Of a DNA stretch of 64,000 bases, positions 12,609-25,019 are shown one piece after another (positions within the stretch are counted from its first letter, which is position 1; each line of letters opens with the position of its first letter). The notes beneath the pieces are model-generated. The model ran no database searches. It had not been told where the DNA came from and saw only the letters and a list, made by a program, of their open reading frames with translations. A program made the position numbers and the translations under genes. The stretch is from Octopus sinensis (Eukaryota), in contig NC_043003.1 of the NCBI RefSeq assembly GCF_006345805.1, positions 21,390,001 through 21,454,000 of the forward strand. The letters run 5' to 3'.

Positions 12609-13248
12609 CTCTTCAGTATTCAAACTGACCATATCCAGCCAGAATATTCTACCTGTTTTAGGCCCAATCTAACTAGATCAAACCTCTCACACCTACCCTA
12701 CAATGTCACACTAAAAATAAACAGGAGTGGCTGTGTGGTAGGTAGCTTGCTTACCAACCACTTGGTTCTGGGTTCAGTCTCACTGTGTGGCACCTGGGGC
12801 AAGTGTCTTCTACTATAGCCTCAGACTGACCAAACCCTTGTGAGTGGACATGGTAGATGGAAACTGAAAGAAGCCTGTCCGTGCTAGCACAGAAAACGAA
12901 CGTTAAACGATGATGATGATATATATATATGTGTGTGTGTGTGTATTTTTGTGTATCTGTGTTTGTCCCCCCAACTTTGCTTGACAACTGATGCTGGTCA
13001 CTTAGCGGTTCGGCAAGAGAAACCGATAGAATAAGTACTAGGCTTACAAAGAATAAGTCCTGGGGTCGATTTGCTCAACTAAAGATGGTGCTCCAGCACG
13101 GCCGCAGTCAAATGACTGAAACAAATAAAAGAATAAAATAATAGATGCATCATTGATATCTCAAAGCAACAAGATAATGTTTAATTAATTCAGGACAATG
13201 TGAATAAATAAGAATTACATTTGACAAAGAAATCTGAATGCTAAAGAG
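12609..13248. mobile_element. piggyBac-type MITE family A, split by a SINE
   Basis: TTAA at 12605-12608 and 13249-13252. The two halves match the reverse complement of 56515-56735; the SINE occupies 12722-13140. Confidence 0.75.
12722..13140 (+). mobile_element. SINE family A nested in a piggyBac MITE
   Basis: caggagtggctgtgtggtag...gggttcagtctc...gactgaaacaaataaaag. Confidence 0.85.
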
Positions 13249-13769
13249 TTAACATCCCTACCTTGCCCTTGGGTGCTTTTAATGAAATCCACTCTTCTAC
13301 AAGTATTCAAACCAAACCTCTGAGGACCCCATATACTCTGGCACCACCTTAAATGGCTTTATCAATAAAACCTATCCTGATACATATTTTAAGTTGGGTG
13401 TTGTCTTTGTTGGTCTCTTTTTACCAAATTCACTAAATTGTCAGCACTCAAATAAACTAACACATGTGAAGTGATGATAGACAAATAAAAAAAAGTACCG
13501 GCACACACATGCCCACTCATATACAAGGAACTTCCATGCAGTTCCTGTTTGCCAAAATCACTTACATTGGTCGGGCTGGATCTATAGTAAAGGACACTTA
13601 CCCATGGTTCTATGCAGTGGAATTGAACCTAAAACCATGTGATTTCAGAGCAAACTTCTAAATCACACAACCATGCCTGTTATTTTTTTTGTTACATCTT
13701 TCACACTATTTCTTCTGTACATGTGTTACTTCTAACATCTCTCACTACTATGCAGATGTCAAGACCATT

Positions 13770-14008
13770 TTCTTCTTATTTCTTTATTGCCCACAAGGGG
13801 CTAAACATAGAGGGGATAAACAAGGACAGACAAAGGGATTATGTCAATTACATCGACCCCAGTGTGTAACTGGTACTTAATTTATCGACCCCGAAAGGAT
13901 GAAAGGAAAAGTCGACCTCGGCGAAATTTGAACTCAGAACGTAAAGACAGACGAAATACCACTGAGTATTTTGCCCGGCGTGCTAACATTTCTGCCAGCT
14001 CGCTGCCT
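13770..14008 (-). mobile_element. SINE family B
   Basis: Reverse complement of 8567-8800. Confidence 0.85.
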
Positions 14009-14509
14009 TTTCTTCTCCTTAATCTTTGCCACCCAGTAATTTTATGCCAGACATATGCCTCTTCCATGAAAAGAAACCTTGCCAGTGCCCTCCCATAGAG
14101 ATATAACCTAATCTCCTTCAACAGTACAACAATATTCATTTGCTACACTTATCAAGGAAAGAGTCTTATGTCTCAACCCCATTAGTCATGACAACACACA
14201 ACCTTCAAAATTGCTACAAATGCTTGACCTCATCATGTGACTTCTTGTATACAACAGCATTATCAACTCTGTATCCCAAATAACAAGTTTCAGAGCTACA
14301 AAATACTTCGGCCCAGATCAGTTGTTGGCTTTCTGACAAGTTTAATCCTTTTGGCGCCAAACCACTTGAAACTGCCCTTGATTCTGATACAAACTTCCTG
14401 TTTGAAAGGGATCTGAATTAGAAACATTCCATCAAACTTTCATGTTAGTTTATGTTCCAGACACCAACTAAACCCATGAACATTCGGATTATTCTTTCTA
14501 ATTTAATCT

Positions 14510-14822
14510 CTTTTACTCTTAAACTTGTTTCAGTCATTTGACTGTGGCCATGCTGGAGCACCGCCTTTAGTCGAGCAAATCGATCCCAGGACTTATTTTT
14601 TGTAAGCCTAGTACTTATTCTGTCGGCCTCTTTTGCCAAACCGCTAAGTTACAGGGACGTAAACACACCAGCATCAGTTGTCAAGCGATGTTGAGGGGGA
14701 CAAACATATACACACACATACAGCTCATTTGAGCACTACAATTCCAGTCTGTTATATATTTTGAGTTTTCTTGTCATGAGCGATCTCTAGATATAACCTT
14801 GTATTTTGTAATTCACACATAC

Positions 14823-14869
<47 letters not shown>

Positions 14870-14985
14870 TATATATACAACGGGCTTCTTTCAGTTTCCA
14901 TCTACCAAATCCACTCACAAGGTGCCACACAGTGGGACTGAACCCGGAACCATGTAGTTCGTAAGCAAGCTACTTACCTCACAGC
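14510..14985 (-). mobile_element. SINE family A, followed by the right half of a piggyBac MITE A (to about 15126)
   Basis: Same SINE blocks, then gatgacattgtagggtagg...aaagggTTAA. Confidence 0.8.
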
Positions 14986-15229
14986 TCTGAGGTTTCAATA
15001 ATGTATTTGTTTATATTTAGGATGACATTGTAGGGTAGGTGTAAGAGGTTGGGTCAAGCCAGTTTTGAACATAAAAAAGGTAGAATATTTGGGTCAGACA
15101 TAGCTGGTTTTAAAGCTAAAGGGTTAATAATAGCAAAGCCATTTTACAAAATACATCATTAATTTCGGAATTAATTGAAACAACATATATATATATATAT
15201 ATTTATATACACACACACACATATATATA

Positions 15230-15655
15230 TATCATCATCATCTTCATTGTTTAACGTCCGCTTTCCATGTTAGCATGGGTTGGATGATTTGACTGAGGAC
15301 AGGCAAACCAGATGGCTGCACCAGGCTCCAGTCTGATCTGGCAGAGTTTCTACAGCTGGATACCCTTCCTAAAGCCAACCACTCCGATAGTGCAGTGGGT
15401 GCTTTTACGTGCCACCGGCATGAAAGCCAGTCAAGCGATACTTGCAACAGCCATGCTCAAATGGTGTTTTTTCGCACCACCTGCAGAGGAGCCAGTGCAG
15501 CGGCACTGGCAACAACCTCGCTCAAATCTTTTTTCACGTGCCACCACCACAAGTGTCAATAAGATGCTAGTAATGATCACACTCGAATGGTGCTTTTTAT
15601 GTGCCACCGGCATAGAAGCCAGTTAGCTGCTCTGGCAACGATCACACTCGGATAT
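15230..15655 (-). mobile_element. RTE-tail repeat (family C) with internal gtgccaccggc subrepeats
   Basis: Matches 37405-37760. Confidence 0.8.
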
Positions 15656-16443
15656 ATATATACCCATTTCTATTCCCTATTCTTTTAGGAGTGGGTAGCC
15701 ACAACAAAATAAACACCAGGCATTCCATTCATTTCCCAGCTCAAAGAGGCAAGCCTCGTTCTATGCTTCGGTCAAGGCATAAAACACAACCACCAATTAA
15801 TTTCAGAATTAATTAAAACAAAAACAATGTATTTCAAAGGAAATAGGACAACAAACGTGTTAAGTGCAACTCACATATCTGAGATAGTGTTACTGCAAAA
15901 CACTTATATAAATAATCTAGATTGTTCAAGGTGGGACTGAACCAGGAATCATGTGGTTGGAAAGCAAATTTCTTACCACCCAGCCACGCCTATAATTCAT
16001 GGATGATGTCCTACTTTTTTCTCCTATAAATAATAATTTGTTTTGTTTTCTTCAGTTTTTTTTTTTGTTTGTTTTTAAAGATGAATAAAAGCTGAGGGCT
16101 TTGTTACTTCTGGAAAACTTTAACTACTCCGTGATTTTGTGATGAAACTTTTATATCTTTTGCCATTAATACACAAAAATCTGTTTGTTACTATCTTTAG
16201 CTTAAAACAGATATGATGTGTTTGATGTTATCAATGCTAGATTTTATATTAATGCTTGCACACTTTCTTTATACATACATACATACAAACATACACACAT
16301 ACATGTGTATGTGCATATTTGTATATCTATATATACATATACATACTTATATATATGCACATACACACACGTGTTTATGTATATATGCATACATGTGTGT
16401 ATATATATATGTATGTATTTGTGTATATATATGTGTGTGTGTG

Positions 16444-16491
<48 letters not shown>

Positions 16492-17366
16492 TATGTATGG
16501 ATATAGATAGACATATACAACATATAGATATATATATCATTTCTGTGCTGAAGAATTTCCCTCTTCCTCTTTACCTTTTTTTTTTCCTCTACTTTTTTCC
16601 TTCGCTTCATCTTCTTTAATCTAATGTAAAATTAAAGCTTTTGAAATGAAAATAATTTTCACAGTCTAGCTCCATCTCTGGAGATGTGTTAGACACTGGA
16701 CATGCTGTCTAGGTAATTTATGGTGCAGTATTCAGTTCAGCGACTCTTTGTTCTGAATTGTAATCTTGTTCAGGTCATGCTTAATATTGACATTCATTGC
16801 TCTGGGATGTATAAGTATCGATAATACACTGGCAATCATTCAATCATTTATATTGTTGTTTAGCCCCAGGTCAGCCATGATCAAGCAGACCTATGATCAA
16901 AGTTTTTCCAGCTGCAGCCATCCAATCTTATATTCAGATAATGTATCCAAGATTATATTATCCAATGTGTTCATCCAATTATATTTGGCTTTTTTCTCTT
17001 TTTTTTTCATGTTTTTACTTGTTTTAGAAGGGTTTTTGTTGTTTTTTTATTGTGAGACGTTGTGTGGTTGGAGGAGAATTTTTTCCTATTTAGCCGAGGA
17101 TCCACATTCACAAGTGACTGTGCATGGCCTAGTGAATAGGACGCTGCACTCACAATCACAAGATCGAGGTTTCGATTCCTGGATTGGGTGGCACTTTGTG
17201 TTCTTGAACGAAACACTTCGTTTCATGCTGCTCCATTTCACTCAGCTGTCAACGAGTAGCCATACCACAGACTGGCATCCCATTTAAGAGTAACATTGTG
17301 ACTGGTACTGATGGTGGTGGTGGTGGTGGTGGTGGTTCTATGGAAACCAAATAATTGAAACAAACT

Positions 17367-17398
<32 letters not shown>

Positions 17399-17644
17399 TA
17401 TAGGTGTGAGAGAGTTGGTATATGAAAGCACATGGTTGGATGTATAAAAGACAAAATAGAATGAAAAAACTATAGAAGACTTGTGTTATGGTTAAAGAAT
17501 ATATTTAAACCGTTATGTCAGAAAAATGTTATAAAATTTTATGTAAAGTAACATTGTTTTTCGAGAAATAACCGGTTTCGTATTTTCTTTTCAAATTTCT
17601 CAAATTTCTTTACCGATATTGTGTCATCTCTTCACTATATATAT

Positions 17645-18618
17645 ATGAGTGTGTAAGCAACGTTTTGAAACATGAATTTCATCACAATATATTTCAACAA
17701 TGCAAAAATTTTATTCATCGAAGTAAATATCATTACAATTAACACATCTTTTCCAAGTTAAAAATTTGTTTTTTCGGGTAACATAAAAATCTGGAGTTCT
17801 GGAGCTGATGAACTCTTTGAACACACTTTCAGCATTGGTTTGATTTTTTAAACTTCTTCTCTCGCAGAAAACCACCAAAGTGCTTGAAAAGGTGGTAGTC
17901 AGCAGGAGAAAGGTCTGGGAAATAAGCTGGATAGGGAAGAACTTTGTAGCCAAGTTCCCTCAAATTCTGGAGCATCATAAGTGAAGTGTGTGGTTGAGCA
18001 TTGTCATGAACAATGATTGGCCCTCTTCTGTTGACCAGTCTGGGACAGTGGAGTAGCAGTTTTCATTCTGGCAATTTCATGGCAATATTATGCTACAGTA
18101 ATGATTTTTCTGGGTTTTAAGAAGTTATAGTGGATGAGTCCACTATAGCAGTCACCATAACCTAATTTTTAAAGAGCTCAGGTTTAGGGAAGGTTTTCGG
18201 TGCTTCACTTTGGTGCAACCTCTGCGAAATGTTTTTTATTATTGTACACAATCCCCTTTTTATCACAAGTTACAATATGGTTGAGAAATTGCTCAGTCTG
18301 GTTACAGAGAAGAAGCGACAAGCAAATTTCATATCAGCACATTTTCATTCAAATCATGTGGTACCCCCATTCGTAAAGCTTTTCGATTTCAAGTTGAATA
18401 ACAAAATTGCTCAAATATCACGCTTTGACAGTTCCTTTTCAGATGACAGTAACAATAGTGAAAAAAATATCAATGTTAATTTATTGATGCATTTGAGCAA
18501 GTCTATGTCTGTATTATCGGACAATTGCAAAAAAAGTTTTTTAAAAATTCAAAAGTCTGCAAAAATCCAGTACAAATTCTTCATGGTTCAAAATTTGCTT
18601 ACTTTTTAATCAACCTAA
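17645..18618 (-). mobile_element. Internally deleted, degenerate mariner transposon (Hsmar1/SETMAR-like)
   Basis: Minus-strand pieces EQFLNHIVTCDKKGIVYNN and IIVHDNAQPHT...LGYKVLPYPAYFPDLSPADYHLFKH...KRCVNCNDIYFDE*. Terminal sequence TTAGGTTGATTAAAAAGTAAGCAAATTTT at the 18618 end; matching inverted copy at 17653-17676 vs 18580-18602; TA runs on both sides. Confidence 0.9.
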
Positions 18619-18645
18619 ATATATTTATATATGTGTATATGTGTG

Positions 18646-18734
<89 letters not shown>

Positions 18735-19699
18735 GATACAAATAAGATGATTTTTTTTCAAACACAGACATGCCATTAGAACACCAGAAATAATGGGTAA
18801 ATTGCCATTACAAAGCAGAAAAATTTGTCAACAGCCATGAGGCTCAAAAAAAAGTCATTTTATTTGTATCTTACGATACACATTTAGATACCTTAAGAAA
18901 CAAATGTTGGTTTGTTCATATTTATGTGTGTGTGTATGTATGTTTGTGACCCTTTGTCTTGGCATCACATGGTTGTTGTAAAATAATATCATTCATTTCC
19001 AATATTCTATGAAAACATGTCTGGTCTTAGGGTTAGTGACAAGAAGGGCATCTAACCATAGAAAATCTGCCTGGAAAAGTATACTTTAAAACAACATCAA
19101 CAATGTTGATGATGATGATGATGATGATATTTGTATGTATGTATGCAACATATGGACACGGATACACACACACACACACATTTTCCACAACCTTCTGCAA
19201 CAAAGGACCCTCTGTGTGGTTACTCAACCTGTTAGAAATAACACCACAACCTACCCACCCACCCAATCACACCCAAACGTCTTAAAGACAGAAGGACACC
19301 CTGGATAATATACTCCCTCATATATTACATCCAAAAGAAAGACAGGATGGTCACAGCTGGAACACCTTTGATCATAGGTTTACCTAACTGGAGTAAAACA
19401 ATGATAACAAAACCTCAAACTACCAAGGGAGTCCCTACACATTTGTACAGTGGGCTAGAAATAACAGCCAAATCTTCCTAAAACTTCATTTGTAGTTTAC
19501 AAACAGGTTTTGGTTCTCAGTCATGGACACTGCTCCAATTATTATCTTTATTGTTGTTAGGTGAAGGCATAATTGTCACACAATCTCATTTCTCCCATAT
19601 CAGTCTGAGGTTTTGTTGCCTTTGTGAAGAAATACTAAAGAAACACACAACATACACCTACACTCTCCCTTACCACACACTGCACACACACACACACAC

Positions 19700-19828
19700 T
19701 GCACTTTCTCTCTCTCATTCACTTGCTCTCTCTCTCTTTCTCTCTCTCTCTCTCTGTCTGTCTGTCTGTCTGTCTCTCTCTGTCTCTCTCTCTCTCCCCC
19801 TCTCTCTCTCTCTCTCTCTCCCTCTCTC

Positions 19829-19890
<62 letters not shown>
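19700..19890. repeat. (CT)n microsatellite
   Basis: Seen directly. Confidence 0.95.
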
Positions 19891-19893
<3 letters not shown>

Positions 19894-20316
19894 TACACAT
19901 AAGCTCTCTCACACAATCATGAATTAATGTGTTTTAATATGTTTCGGCTGCACATATATGTATGTGTGCATGTTTATATCTATAAGCATACACACACACA
20001 CATATCAGTAAATCATAAATCTGAAAGAGAAATACATATGTGTGTGTGTGTGTTTGCATGCATATATATATAAATGCATATATATATATATATATTTATA
20101 TGGGTGTACACACACACACACACACACATATATACATACGCATATGTATATATATACATGTATATGTATGTATTTATATGGGTGTACATATATACATACA
20201 CATACATATATATACATATTACATACATATATATATACGTATATATACATACATATTTATACATATACATACATCATATATATATATATATATGTGTGTG
20301 TGTGTCTGTATATATG

Positions 20317-20352
<36 letters not shown>

Positions 20353-20433
20353 TATATATATAGAGAGAGACATGTATATACATATTATGTATATAATATA
20401 CATATACAACCATACATATAGATATATATATAT

Positions 20434-20469
<36 letters not shown>

Positions 20470-20714
20470 TATATATATATGTATATTATTATATGTCTAT
20501 ATATATATATATATATATATAATACATCCACATAAATGTCTTTAAAAGATACTGTAAGAGGAGAGGATGTGGGGGAGATGTGAGATGGAGATTGTAAAAG
20601 AAAATAAAAAGACAATACAATGTTGTCCTGTTTGGTTCATTAGCAAGGTTATTAAGGTTCTTCTGCTCATTTCTATAATCCTGTTATCTCTTCATTAGGT
20701 AATGCAGCTATAAT

Positions 20715-21115
20715 CTTGATGACTTCTCTTTTCATTGGCAATTCATCTCTTTTCTTCTTCACCTTCGTTTTCTTCTTCTTCTTCATCACTTCCTTCTATT
20801 TTTTTTATCGTTTTCTTCATCTCTTCTTGTTTTCTTTTCGTTTTTCTTTGTTGTTTTTTTTTTCTTTTTCTTTTCCATATCTTCTCTTTCGTTTCTTTCT
20901 CTTTCCCACTTTTTCTTCCTTTTCTTTCCCCTTCTCTTCCCTTATTTTCTCCCCTTTCCTTCTTTTTTCTTCATCTTCCCCATCTTCTTTCTCTTCTCCA
21001 TACTTATATATTTTTTTTTGTTTTTGTTGTCTTTGAACTCTTTTGTCTCTCATTCCTTCTTCTTCGTCTTCTTCTTCTTCTTTCTTCTTCTTCTTTTCTT
21101 CTTTCAACCAGACCA
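20715..21115. repeat. Polypyrimidine low-complexity tract
   Basis: Seen directly; follows about 600 bp of TA/CA repeats. Confidence 0.9.
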
Positions 21116-21384
21116 GAGCCTTCCAATCCACAGCACTAACTTAGTGTCACAGCATGTGTTCAATTGAATTGCTAATCAATAATTCCCCCCACCCCATTCA
21201 TCAATAAATGTTGTCATTGTCGTTGTGGTTGTTGTTGTGTTGTTGTTAAGGGTATGTGTGGCATGTATGTATATGCAATTTTTTGTCCTGTTATTTGTTA
21301 CTTTTTGTTTTACAAACTCCCTTTTTGTTTTTTGTTGTTGTTTTTTTCTTTTTTGATTGCTCACTTTTATCTGTCTCTCATTAT

Positions 21385-21840
21385 CTCTGATTTCACCACC
21401 ACCACCATCATTATGATAATCATTATCACCAACACCATCACCATTGCCATCACTGCTACCACCAATACCACCACCACCATCACCAATACCACCACCACAA
21501 CCACTAACACCACCACTATTACCACTACCAACACCACCACTACCATTACCAATAACACCACCACCAATACCACAACCATCACCAATACCACTACCACAAC
21601 CAATAACACAACCACCACCACCACTAATACCACTACCATCACCAATACCACCACCACAGCCAGTAATACCACTACCACCACCACCACTGCCAATACGACC
21701 ACCATCACCAATCCCACCGCCACTAATACCACTACCAATACCATCACCAATACCACCACCACAGCCAATAACACTACCACCAATACCACCACCACCACTG
21801 CCAATACCACCACCATCACTAGTACCACCACTGCCAATAC
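21385..21840. repeat. Degenerate (ACC/ACT/AAT)n triplet array
   Basis: Seen directly; source of the Thr-, Pro- and Val-rich ORFs. Confidence 0.95.
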
Positions 21841-21921
21841 ATCATTATCATTCTTCTCTAACATAAGGAGGTTCTCAGTGATTACTCGTTCTGCTAGAAA
21901 TAGCAACCAAATCTTCCTTAT

Positions 21922-22513
21922 CCCTTTAGCATTCAGCATTACTCTGGTCAAATGTAATGCTTATTTATTCACATTGTTTTGAATTGATCATGTATTAACT
22001 TGTAACTTTGAAATTTCAGTGTTTTCCTTATCTTTTATCATTCATTCACTTGTTTTAATCATTTCACTGTGGCCATGCTGGGGCACTGCCTTGTTGGGTT
22101 TTAGTCAATCTTGTCCCCCAGTACTCATTTCTTCGAAGTCTGGTATTTATTCTGTCAGTCTCTTTTGTTGAATCACCAATGTAAGAGGATGTAAACAAAC
22201 CAACACCAGTCATCAAGTGGTGGTGGGTGGCAAATACAAAGACAATCATGCACACACACACGCACGCACACATAAATATATGACTGACTTCCTTCAGTTT
22301 CCGTCTGCTTTTCCCAAGGTGCCACACAGTGACATTGAACCCAGCACCATGTGGTTGGAAAGCAAACCACTTACCACACAGCCACCTTTGCGCCTGTTTG
22401 TTTATTTTTAGAATGACATGTAGGGTAGGTGAGAGAGGCCAGAGCAGGCCTGTTTGAACATAAAATAGGCAGGGTATTTGGGACCAGATATGGCTGGTTT
22501 AAACGCAAAAGGA
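21922..22513. mobile_element. piggyBac-type MITE family A, split by a SINE
   Basis: ccctttagcatt...tgtaatgcttattt left half, SINE at about 22020-22395, then tttattttagaatgac...aaaagga|TTAA. Confidence 0.7.
22020..22395 (-). mobile_element. SINE family A nested in a piggyBac MITE
   Basis: Same blocks. Confidence 0.75.
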
Positions 22514-22689
22514 TTAAATTTCACCTTTTCATCATGTAAAGGGAGTAAGGCATTGGATAAGAGAGTAACACATTGGATAATGTAGTCCAAAAGAAGAACA
22601 GGGTAGTCAAGGCTGGAAAGTTTTAATCGTAAGTCTGTTGAGTCAGAGCTAACTTAGGGTTTAACAACAGCTGCACCACTACCATCACC

Positions 22690-23135
22690 ACCACTGCCAG
22701 CATTGTTGTTGTTGTTGTTGTTGAGTGAGAGAGCAGTGCATGCTATCAAAGTGAAACTGGGGTAAAATATACGAAGCCCAGTATACCCATCATGACTAGC
22801 CTCTGATAAGGGTACACCACAACCATATGTATGCGACATGGTGATCTCATATCAAGATAAGCAGTGCATGACCTTGCAGGTGGGTCCCAGTTAGAATTTT
22901 CTTCAGGTTGAGTAGCCCATCCTACTCAAAAGGTTGTTAAGGATGTTTAAGGGTTGTTTAAGGATGTTGAATGAACCACCCACGTTTCCAAAGGTGAATT
23001 ATCCAAACCTCTAAGAATTCCTCTCAACACATGGAACACATGGCAAAGATGCTTTCCCACTACTTCTGCTCATGATCAGAGATGCACACATCATCAGCCA
23101 CTAAGGGTCATGCTCAACTGGTTTACATCAAACAA
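22690..23135 (-). repeat. Unclassified retroposon-like segment ending in (AAC)n
   Basis: More GC-rich block ending in a caacaacaac tail; no ORF. Confidence 0.35.
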
Positions 23136-23439
23136 CTGACAAGCAGATCTGTGGTATTGTGCAGAATATATACTGTAGCCCATCTTGTATACCAAAACAG
23201 CAATGTACATGATAACACTCCCAATCAGTTTAGATCAGAAGCCATGAGAGCCACTGCCTGTATTCATCTTTACATTCTGAATTCAAATTCCCCTGGGGTC
23301 CTCTTTGCTTTTCATCCTTTTGGGATCGATAAAATGAGTACTAGTCGAACACTGGGGTCAATGTAATCAACTTACTCCCTCCCACAAAATTTCAGGTCTT
23401 GTGCCTATAGCAGAAAGGATTATTGTTGTTGTTGTTATT

Positions 23440-23940
23440 CATAGATTAGGCTGTTGGAAAAAAAATTCCTAACATCAGGCTACAAAATATAACCTTACTA
23501 TGATAGGAATTGTTTGTTTTTAGACTACCCATTTGAGTTACCTCTATTTCCAGATCTTTGTATCTTGAAAGCTTCTCCATTTCTTTCAGAGAAACATTGT
23601 CATCTGTTGGTATTGATTCATCGATTAGAAAGCATTTATTTTCTTGGTGATCTCTGACAACTACATCCGGCCTATTGGCCTTAATTTCTCTATCTGTGTG
23701 TATTGGCATATCCCAGAGTATGGTTGCTTTTTCATTTTCTGTGACCTTTTCTGATGTGTGCCTATACCATCTTTTTTTCTGTTGATATTCCATAGTGTTG
23801 GCATAGCTTCTAGCGTATATAGGTCCTAACTCTGTTATGTCTGTGAATATATTCCTTCTTAGCCAGGACTGGGCAGCCAAAGTCAATATGATTTATTGTT
23901 TCTTCTCCATCTCCACATATTCTTGTATTTCTTTTCATTA
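23440..23940 (-). mobile_element. R4/Dong-type non-LTR retrotransposon fragment (zinc knuckle plus restriction-like endonuclease)
   Basis: RICGDGEETINHIDFGCPVLAKKEYIHRHNRV, then a frameshift, then WYRHTSEKVTENEKATILWDMPIHTDREIKANRPDVVV...FLID...KYKDLEIE-like sequence. Confidence 0.85.
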
Positions 23941-24229
23941 CATGTCTTTGTTAATTTCTGGTGGGAAGGCTTTGATCATCATCATCATCATCTTCTTCTT
24001 CTTCTTCTTCTTCTTCTTCTTTTTCTTCTTCTTCTTCTTGCTGCTGCTGCTGCCATCCATACCATGATTTTTCTTTTTCCAATAATACAATCTACTTGAG
24101 TGTCATCTATTTCTTCAGTTACAGTTCATCATCATCATCATCCATCGTGTTTTATGGGTAGATGTAAGTTGTTTTTAAGCAGCATTATCTCCAACAGTGT
24201 CACCCTAACTTATTTCATCTTCAACATCA

Positions 24230-24470
24230 TAATCACCAGCATTAAAGGTTTATCAGCTGTATCATCATCATCATCATCATTGTCGTCGTCGTCGTCATCC
24301 CCATCATCATCATCCCTGTCATATTCATCATCATCACCATTTTCTTCGTCAGCATCATTTTCATTATCATCATCACCATCATCATCAACACCACCATCAT
24401 CATATCATCACCACCATCCTCATCATTATCATCATAATCATCACCACCATCATCATCATCATCATCATTG
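24230..24470. repeat. (CAT)n degenerate microsatellite
   Basis: Seen directly. Confidence 0.9.
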
Positions 24471-24697
24471 ATATCCACCCCCTACTCTTGGGATAATGGG
24501 TGTGGAAATTTTTGTCCTTGTCATCTGTTTCTGTATTCTTTTCCCTTTCATTAACAATCTCCAGTACATCAATACTTGTGGTTTGCCATTGTTTTTATTT
24601 TCGATCTCAAATTTTTAAATATATAGCATTTAATCTTGTTTGTGTACATGTGTGTGTGCATGAGTGTGTATTTGTGTGTGTTGTGTGTGTGTGTGTG

Positions 24698-25019
24698 TAG
24701 GCATAGAAACAAGGTGTGCTAGGGGTGTAAATGCAACTCTTAGCATTGTTTTGTTAGGGGTGGGATAATGAAAACACTTCAAACATCATCCTGAAAATCT
24801 TCAACAGATCTGAGTTTGCACCCCCTAAGCAAATTTCATTCCTACACTAGTGCGTGTGTGTGTGTAGGCATAGAAACAGGGGATGCTAGGGATGCAAGTG
24901 CAACCCTTAACATTGTTTTGTTAGGGGTGGGATAATGAAAACACTTCAAACATCATCCTGAATATCTTCAACAGACCGGAGTTTGCACGCCCTAAACAAA
25001 TTTCATTCCTACACTAGTG
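24698..25019. repeat. Tandem dimer of a 167-bp MITE-like unit
   Basis: taggcatagaaac...ttcattcctacacta repeated at 24698 and 24865, separated by GT repeats. Confidence 0.9.

Noticed and set aside
15158-15821. 26-bp direct repeats flanking a 610-bp block as a giant TSD
   Set aside because: The motif resembles an internal MITE B segment (ttcaaaattaattgaaa), so independent MITE fragments explain it equally well.
16665-16712. 48-nt AG/GT-bounded poison exon ending in TAG
   Set aside because: Weak pyrimidine tract; such sites are expected by chance in a 35-kb intron.
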